A stretch of 32,792 nt of DNA. Origin: Deltaproteobacteria bacterium. Lineage in GTDB: Bacteria > Desulfobacterota > Dissulfuribacteria > Dissulfuribacterales > QOAL01. The notes beneath the pieces were generated by a model. It had not been told where the DNA came from. It made no database searches and was given only the letters and a program-made list of their open reading frames with translations. This document shows positions 26,407 through 32,792 of the stretch, piece by piece; within the stretch, counting starts at the first letter, position 1, and every line of letters begins with the position of its first letter. The position numbers and the translations under genes are program-made. The stretch covers positions 1 to 32,792 of the forward strand of contig JALVQQ010000191.1 of the NCBI GenBank assembly GCA_027025395.1, given 5' to 3'.

Positions 26407-28520
26407 AACCCCTGCCTTTCCGCATCAGTAAAGCGCGCGTCCGCGCCTTCCGCCATGCATCGGCCGTTTATAACAACCGGAACTGCCGGCCATTGGGCAA
26501 GGCGTCTCTGTGCCCTCAGCACCTCCGGGTAATCTGGAACCGGCACCTCCAGGGCCTTTATCTCAAACTCCCTGACAAAAACCAGTCTCTGTTCAGCATC
26601 ATCCTGTCCATTCCCGGTCCCTGTCCTTTTGACCCGAAAGGATGCCTCCACGGCGTTGCCGGAAAATTCCATATCCGCGGGAAGAATCATCCCGCCGTCC
26701 GCCCCCTGAGGCAGCACTGTCTCCTCGACCATGCGGCTTCTGACTACATAGTTGAAACGCAACGGAAATTCTCTCCTGGTCAGCGAGGCCCTGGACATGA
26801 GATAACTGTCCATGATCCCGACATAACCCGTATTTGAGACCGGGAAGAAGAGCGCCTGCCCTGCCTCTGTCCGGCTCACCCTGTCAGGCGCCTGGAAGTC
26901 ACAGGAAAATCCAATGGGCTTTGCCCGGTCTTCAGGATCGGTCCACTCAATATTCTCCAACCTTGCCCCTGGGATCCGGGCAAGGACTATCTGTTCCACG
27001 GTCTGCCTGCGCTTTTCAGGCGAACTGCCCATCATACGCCCCCTCAGAGCAGTATCACAGAAGCCGGTAAATGTCGCCTCCAGCCTGCCGCTGAGAATGC
27101 CGCGGAGATCAAGCCTGTCCCTTACAACCAGCAGGCTCGTGTTGGCAGCCGCATCAGGCTCCGGTGTCAGGCGCAGCCTGGCGTCAGGCCCTGATGCGGC
27201 AAGACAGCTTGAATCCCTTTCATAATCCGGCAGAAACTGGCGGCTGGTTTCCGAAGTGGGATCAAGATAGACCCCTGGCCTGCCCTGGGCATCAAGTATC
27301 GCCACAATGGCATGGTTAAACCAGGGCACCACAATCTCCTGATCCAGCCTGTTGCCCGCGCTTATTATCACCGGCACCGCATTGAATCCGGCATCCCTGA
27401 GCATTGTAACCAGCAGGGCTGCCTTGTCCCGGCAGACTCCATAGCGCCGGTCAAAGGTAAGGGACACGTCGTGAGGTTCATAACCCGGCCTGTCCCTTTC
27501 GGCTGTTATCCCCATGTAGCGGATCTTCTGTGCTACAAAGTAGAACAGGGCCGCGATCTTTTCCTGTTCGTTGCCGGCCCTGCCTACCAGTTCCCGCACC
27601 TTTTCCCTGATGGCAGGCGTGGAGGCAAGATGAGGCTCCACAAGCCCTCTGTACCACTCGGCGACATATCCCCATGCGGGAATGGTTGAATACAGCAGCC
27701 GCATTGCGACCCGGTGCAGGGGGGGCATGGCAGGCTCCGGCACGAGAGCCGGAACATCATTAAACGAGAAACGGCAGATTGTATTCCGGGACTCGTCCTT
27801 GCCAATCCAGGAGGAATAACGGCCCGGTTTTGCATCCTTCACAAGGGTATGGAGCTTCATGTCCCCTGGGCCTTTAAGCTCAAAACTATACTCCCTTACC
27901 GGAAACGTGTACTCAGCGGTGACCCTGCCAAAAAATTCCCCTGGTATCATGAATTTGAAGTTATTTCTGACCACTATGTAGTGTATGGTATCACCGGGAC
28001 GCAGCTCTGGCACAAACACCCTGAGTTCGCGCTGGGAGGGATCATATATGTTCATGCGGCTGGAAGAAGCTGAATTGTCCTCGCGCGCGTTTTTTTCCAG
28101 GTCAACCACACGAACAGAGCCGTCGGGAGATATTACCTCAAACAGCGGCATTTTGAGGTCCATGTAGTGACCATTGATATAAAACACCTGTACGCTGTTT
28201 TCCCGCACTCCATCACTGTCAAGCATTGTCAGAAAGACTTCGTCCCTATCCACGCTGCTTCCGTCCCGCCTGAACTCAATCCTCTCCACCTCCCTGGCAA
28301 GCACGGCATGATCGTGGGGATACCGCTCAGGGGTGACATCGCTCAAAAATGAATAGCCGGATGAGGCGCAAAAGGACTCTCCGGCGCACATGACTGAAAC
28401 AACGAACATGAGCAGGCACATGGCGGGGAAGCCGGGCCTGCTGCCGCTGCAAACCGGCATTGCCCCAAGCCCCCTGCCTGCCCTGCTGTCAATGCATTCC
28501 ATAAAGAGGTTTCTCCGCAT
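26403..28520 (-). CDS. Secreted DUF3857 and transglutaminase-like domain protein
   Basis: VPELRPGDTIHY, FVAQKIRY and a Cys-His-Asp triad (YGVCRDKA, WFNHAI, YLDPT). True start may lie downstream of 28520. Confidence 0.85.
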   Translation of the reverse strand: MRRNLFMECIDSRAGRGLGAMPVCSGSRPGFPAMCLLMFVVSVMCAGESFCASSGYSFLSDVTPERYPHDHAVLAREVERIEFRRDGSSVDRDEVFLTMLDSDGVRENSVQVFYINGHYMDLKMPLFEVISPDGSVRVVDLEKNAREDNSASSSRMNIYDPSQRELRVFVPELRPGDTIHYIVVRNNFKFMIPGEFFGRVTAEYTFPVREYSFELKGPGDMKLHTLVKDAKPGRYSSWIGKDESRNTICRFSFNDVPALVPEPAMPPLHRVAMRLLYSTIPAWGYVAEWYRGLVEPHLASTPAIREKVRELVGRAGNEQEKIAALFYFVAQKIRYMGITAERDRPGYEPHDVSLTFDRRYGVCRDKAALLVTMLRDAGFNAVPVIISAGNRLDQEIVVPWFNHAIVAILDAQGRPGVYLDPTSETSRQFLPDYERDSSCLAASGPDARLRLTPEPDAAANTSLLVVRDRLDLRGILSGRLEATFTGFCDTALRGRMMGSSPEKRRQTVEQIVLARIPGARLENIEWTDPEDRAKPIGFSCDFQAPDRVSRTEAGQALFFPVSNTGYVGIMDSYLMSRASLTRREFPLRFNYVVRSRMVEETVLPQGADGGMILPADMEFSGNAVEASFRVKRTGTGNGQDDAEQRLVFVREFEIKALEVPVPDYPEVLRAQRRLAQWPAVPVVINGRCMAEGADARFTDAERQGL

Positions 28521-28816
28521 GGTCGATCAATATTTTCCCCTGCCCAAACACCTGCAAGAACCACCATACCACAAAACTCCTGTCCGGGCAGGGCTCTGTG
28601 TTTGCATAAAAACAACCCCGCAAACCAGCATCAGGATCAATCTGTTAAAGGCCCGGACTGTTTTTTCAAAACATGTCTCAAGGATTTGGACAAAAAACAC
28701 GATAGGTAATATACGGCAACTTCCCAAACATAACATGCCTGGCTTTGGGAAGGCAGTTATGGAGCCCTGACTATTTTTCATACAAGACAACTTAACCATA
28801 AAAGAGGACAACTGCA

Positions 28817-30739
28817 GTGAAGGAAAAATTCAAAACCATCAATTTTGTATTCGGGGTTGTAATAGGCGGCATATTCCTTGCCAATGTTATAACGATAATA
28901 GCTACCATGAGCACACTTTCTGGCCAGGAAAAAGACGCGACCGCCATCAACATTGCAGGAAGGCAGCGCATGCTGAGCCAGAAAATGACCAAGGAGGCGG
29001 CATTCTTCGTCCAGAGCCGGGATGAGGAGTGGGCCCGCAACCTCAAAAACACCGCGGACCTGTTTGACAAGAGTCTTTATTCCCTAGAATTCGGCGACAG
29101 TGAAATGCACCTGAAAAGGGCCGAGGATCCGGAAGTCATGGATGAGATCCAGAAGCTCAAAAAAATATGGCAACCCTTCAGGGAGAAGATCCAGGAAATT
29201 ATATCGGCGCCTCCAGGCTCCGCCGTGTCCGTCCAGGCCCTGGAGTATGTAAAGCAGAACAACATACCGCTCCTCAAACAGGCGAACGCCCTTACAAAGG
29301 CCTTTGAAAACTTTGCGCGGGGCAAAATCAAATACCTTGAAATGATCATGGCCATCATGCTTGGCATATCGTTTGCGCTGCTGGTTGCCTCGCGTTTCAT
29401 AATAACCAGACTCGTAATCAAACCCCTTTCCCAGGCGGTCACCGCCATATCTGACTGTGGAAACGGACGTCTTGATCATGCGATTCCGCCTGAAGGCCTT
29501 TCAATGATCAGGCAGCTTCTTGTCTCTTTCAACAGCCTCGTGTGCGGGGTGGGAGGCCAGTTCCTGACCATGATCACCCAGAACAGATCCCTGGAAGCCG
29601 CGTCAGACCAGGTGGCCAGAGCCAGCAGTGACATCAGGCAAAGGGCATCGGAACTGGAAGAGATGGCAAAGGACGTTTCCTCATCGGCAAGCACCGCGGC
29701 AGGCAGCCTTGCATCAGTGGCAGCCGCCTCGCAGGAGATGACCGCAGCCACCACGGAGATCGCCCAGAGCGTTGCAACAACGGCCCAGAAAACCAATGAA
29801 GCCCAGGACCAGGCCCAGAGCACGGCCGCTGTTATTGCCAGGCTTGGCGACAGCTCGGATTCAATCGGCAATATAATACAGGTCATCAACTCAATCGCCG
29901 AGCAGACAAACCTGCTTGCCCTTAACGCGACCATTGAGGCCGCAAGGGCGGGCGAGGCGGGCAAGGGTTTTGCCGTGGTGGCAAACGAGGTCAAGGAGCT
30001 CGCCAAGCAGACAGCCGAGGCCACAAATGAAATCACTGACATGATCCAGACCATCCAGGCTGACAGCCGGGAGGCCATTGATTCAGTTGAGGCCATCACA
30101 GGGGTAATCGGCGAGGTTAATGACCTTGCAAACGCCATTGCCAGCGCTACCGAGGAGCAGACTGCCACGGTATCCGAAATAAGCTACAGCGTTGAAGAGG
30201 GCTCACAGGGCGCCACCCTTGTCCAGGAAAAGGCGGAGCACCTGCTGCAGGAGGCACAGCGCTTTGCCCGCCAGAGTGATACGCTGGAGATGGCAAGCAA
30301 TGCGGTAAGGGCCATAACAGGAGAGGCCGAGACCCTCATGAAGCAGATTTCAGTCAATTCGGCTGTTGTGAACCAGGCTGTTGAATACACGCCCATGACA
30401 ACCAAGATTAAGCACCTTCTGCTTCAGCACTTCCAGTGGAGAAACAGGGTCATGGCGTCGATCTTGAAAAATGAAAACATAACGGTTGAGACAGATCCCA
30501 CTCAGTGCGCGCTTGGCAGGTTCATTGCGAACTATTCAACTTCAAACAGCATGGAAAATGACATTTTACACAGGCTGAGGCCCATTCACAAGGAGCTCCA
30601 CGAGACAGTACACGAGATACAGGATCTTATCAGCAAGGGAGTTGAGCCGCCACAGGTCGAGGAAACCAGGCGGAACAAGCTGGACCCTGTCTTTGCAAAG
30701 GTAGAAGAACTTATGGAGCAGTGGGCCAGGGTTGTTTGA
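28817..30739 (+). CDS. Methyl-accepting chemotaxis protein with PilJ/NarX-like sensor and C-terminal CZB domain
   Basis: TM1, [16 protein letters not shown]2, [41 protein letters not shown] and a C-terminal HFQW...QCALGRF...HKELH. Confidence 0.93.
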   Translation: MKEKFKTINFVFGVVIGGIFLANVITIIATMSTLSGQEKDATAINIAGRQRMLSQKMTKEAAFFVQSRDEEWARNLKNTADLFDKSLYSLEFGDSEMHLKRAEDPEVMDEIQKLKKIWQPFREKIQEIISAPPGSAVSVQALEYVKQNNIPLLKQANALTKAFENFARGKIKYLEMIMAIMLGISFALLVASRFIITRLVIKPLSQAVTAISDCGNGRLDHAIPPEGLSMIRQLLVSFNSLVCGVGGQFLTMITQNRSLEAASDQVARASSDIRQRASELEEMAKDVSSSASTAAGSLASVAAASQEMTAATTEIAQSVATTAQKTNEAQDQAQSTAAVIARLGDSSDSIGNIIQVINSIAEQTNLLALNATIEAARAGEAGKGFAVVANEVKELAKQTAEATNEITDMIQTIQADSREAIDSVEAITGVIGEVNDLANAIASATEEQTATVSEISYSVEEGSQGATLVQEKAEHLLQEAQRFARQSDTLEMASNAVRAITGEAETLMKQISVNSAVVNQAVEYTPMTTKIKHLLLQHFQWRNRVMASILKNENITVETDPTQCALGRFIANYSTSNSMENDILHRLRPIHKELHETVHEIQDLISKGVEPPQVEETRRNKLDPVFAKVEELMEQWARVV

Positions 30740-30781
30740 CCCGGGCTTGCCCCTGCCGCAGACCAGGATCAATATCGAACC

Positions 30782-30815
30782 GAAGAGGCCGGCGTTCAAG
30801 CCGGCCTCTTCTATT
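30782..30815. terminator. Terminator-like hairpin between the convergent MCP and lspA genes
   Basis: GAAGAGGCCGGC-GTTCAA-GCCGGCCTCTTC, a 12-bp perfect stem followed by TATTT. Confidence 0.78.
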
Positions 30816-30997
30816 TGCAGCGACTGCCCAGGCGCTTCAGCGGAGACCACTTGCGGCATGGGCCTCTCCCAACCGCCCCCCCCGGCAACTTCACTGTCTG
30901 CATCTCTTTTTCCAGTCTCCACGCCTGGAACGGCCGGCCAGAGTGCGGTTTGACAGCAGCATTATTACCCGTCCAGCCTCATGCCTTTCAGTCGGCC

Positions 30998-31486
30998 CTA
31001 TTCACAAGAGAGGAAAAAATGCAGGGCAAGCAGCCCTCCCCCGATGGTAATTGCGGCGTCAGCCACATTAAAGGCGGGCCAGTGACAGGTCCCCAGGTAA
31101 AAATCCAGGAAATCAACCACATGACCAAAACGAATCCTGTCAACCAGATTTCCGCATGCCCCGCCGAATACCAGGGAGCAGCCCCAGAAGAGCATGGGGC
31201 CCCTGTTGCTTGCGGTCATGTAGAGGTGAAAGAGCCCTCCAAGCGCAAGCACGCTGACGATCTGGAAAAATACGTGCCGCCACCGCTCATCTCCAGCCAG
31301 CAGCCCGAAAGCCGCACCGGTATTGGTTATATGGGTCAGATTGAAAAATGACGGGATCACCGTAATATGCTGATAAAGGGGAAGGTTACGCAATACCCAT
31401 GTCTTGGTAAGCTGATCAAGAAGGATAACCGCCGCGGCAACCAGCATAAACATGAAGGCCCGCATCAGGACGCTCTTATCCGGCAT
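30998..31486 (-). CDS. lspA: Lipoprotein signal peptidase II
   Basis: LDQLTK, NTGAAFG, GNLVDR, GHVVDFLD and WPAFNVAD motifs; SD GGGAGGAG. Confidence 0.96.
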   Translation of the reverse strand: MPDKSVLMRAFMFMLVAAAVILLDQLTKTWVLRNLPLYQHITVIPSFFNLTHITNTGAAFGLLAGDERWRHVFFQIVSVLALGGLFHLYMTASNRGPMLFWGCSLVFGGACGNLVDRIRFGHVVDFLDFYLGTCHWPAFNVADAAITIGGGLLALHFFLSCE

Positions 31487-31510
31487 ATTCTCCTCCCGCC
31501 CGGCGCCATA

Positions 31511-32791
31511 TCAGCCTGAGCTCCTGGCCCGTTGGCAAAAACTCACCCATTTACTGCCTCCTTTTCTGCTTTTTCCATTCACATCATGCCCGGCCTCTCC
31601 CTTGCCCTCCGGTTCCCTGAGCATGCGGTAATACCTGCTGTCATGGGGAAGGTTTTCAAGAGCCATGAGCCTGTGGTAGCCGGCGCTCTGCATATCTCCC
31701 AGCCTTTTGTAGTACATGTACAGATAATAGTGGGCCATCCCCTTGTTTTTTGCCCTGGAGTATGCCCGGCCCATCTCAAGATAGAGATTCATGTAATCAG
31801 GCCACACAGGCTCGATTGCCCTGAATGTTGCAAGCGCCTCCTGAACCATGCCGTTATCAAGCAGCGCGCGCCCCAGATAGTAACGGGCCGCATGGTTGCG
31901 GGGATAAAGCCTGCAGTAGTCCTGGAGCAGCGGCAGTGCCTGCCTGTAACGGCCCGCCTCCAGATATGCCCGTCCGAGATCTATCTTGAATACATTCCTG
32001 TCCGGGGCGAGGGCCATCACCCTTTCAAACTCCTTGAAGGACTGTTCGTATTGCCGCATGCCGAGCAGTGACAGGGCAAGGCCGTAGTGCATGAACAGGT
32101 CATCTGGCCTGTCGGCAAGTTCACGCCGGTAATATACACACATGCGGGCAGGATCATGGGTCATGAGCTTGACCTTCACCTTTATCCGTTTGAGCCTGCA
32201 GGGATTCTCCTTTTGCCTCTCCGGGCATGGATGTTCCTTCACCAGGTCTTCAATATAGGTGATACGCTGGCTGGCCCCGGGGTGCGTGGACAGATAGCCG
32301 GGGATGGCATCGCTGCCCAGAAACCTGTTGCGGTTCATCTTCTCAAGGGTGGTCACAAGGCCCATTGGATCGTAACCGGCCCGGCATATCCACTGGTAGC
32401 CCCTGCGGTCCGCCTCCTCCTCGTCGGCCCGGCTGTACTTGAGCGACAGGCTCTGCCCAAGCGCCATTGACGATGTGAGAAGGGCGGAGGAACTCTGCCC
32501 CCCTCCCAAAAACAGACTTGCAATGGCCATGACAGCGGTACCGATATTGACCACCTTCATTTTGTCCATGCGCTTGGCGATATGACGTCCCTGTACATGG
32601 CCGCATTCGTGGGCGAGGATACAGGCCAGCTCATTGTCACTGTCTATTGCCTCAAGCAGGCCGGTATGGACGAAAATCAGGCCGCCCGGCGTGGCAAAGG
32701 CGTTTAGGGCATCGTCCTTTATAACAAAGAACCGGTAGTCAAAATATTTCCCGTGTATCACCGCCAGGATATTATGGCCTATATCCGAGAC
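31511..32791 (-). CDS. M48 family Zn metalloprotease with TPR repeats (BepA/YfgC-like), 5' partial
   Basis: LNAFATPGG, LAHECGH (HExxH), YSRADEEEADRRG, YLSTHP and TPR-like helices; the frame stays open to the window end. Confidence 0.9.
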   Translation of the reverse strand, partial: VSDIGHNILAVIHGKYFDYRFFVIKDDALNAFATPGGLIFVHTGLLEAIDSDNELACILAHECGHVQGRHIAKRMDKMKVVNIGTAVMAIASLFLGGGQSSSALLTSSMALGQSLSLKYSRADEEEADRRGYQWICRAGYDPMGLVTTLEKMNRNRFLGSDAIPGYLSTHPGASQRITYIEDLVKEHPCPERQKENPCRLKRIKVKVKLMTHDPARMCVYYRRELADRPDDLFMHYGLALSLLGMRQYEQSFKEFERVMALAPDRNVFKIDLGRAYLEAGRYRQALPLLQDYCRLYPRNHAARYYLGRALLDNGMVQEALATFRAIEPVWPDYMNLYLEMGRAYSRAKNKGMAHYYLYMYYKRLGDMQSAGYHRLMALENLPHDSRYYRMLREPEGKGEAGHDVNGKSRKGGSKWVSFCQRARSSG

Positions 32792-32792
32792 A

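Noticed and set aside
1-32792. CRISPR arrays, tRNA/rRNA, IS elements, integrases, defence systems
   Set aside because: No regularly spaced repeats, cloverleaf/rRNA signatures or transposase/integrase/nuclease ORFs seen; the UvrD gene has no adjacent nuclease partner.

Overview
Ordinary chromosomal, gene-dense DNA from an anaerobic Gram-negative bacterium; gene content suggests Desulfobacterota/deltaproteobacteria (inference). I saw no rRNA, tRNA, CRISPR array, IS or prophage genes. Left part: the end of a histidine kinase, a YgiQ-type radical SAM gene, and a minus-strand gatC-gatA-small protein-HDOD-pseudoreceiver/GGDEF-YkgJ run in which gatA is broken by a frameshifting internal deletion. 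Then a small basic HTH protein, a UvrD helicase and fadL-fadD. Centre (main finding): a lipoprotein decaheme MtrA/DmsE-type cytochrome followed by an outer-membrane beta-barrel that the ORF track splits in two. The two pieces are in frame across a single TGA (14619-14617), which is followed by a SECIS-like hairpin. This predicts an 802-aa selenoprotein porin carrying its own CxxCH heme motif and a C-x6-U motif, probably in extracellular loops, with no MtrC-like partner in the window. Right part: a FadR-like TetR regulator with a palindromic operator, an RsmF-like methyltransferase pair, a DUF481 barrel, a sigma54-driven OprO/P-like porin, an FeS-DUF3786 gene, an active/inactive DUF3857-transglutaminase pair, a NarX/PilJ-CZB chemoreceptor, lspA and a partial M48-TPR protease. 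All family calls are by eye from motifs; no searches were run.
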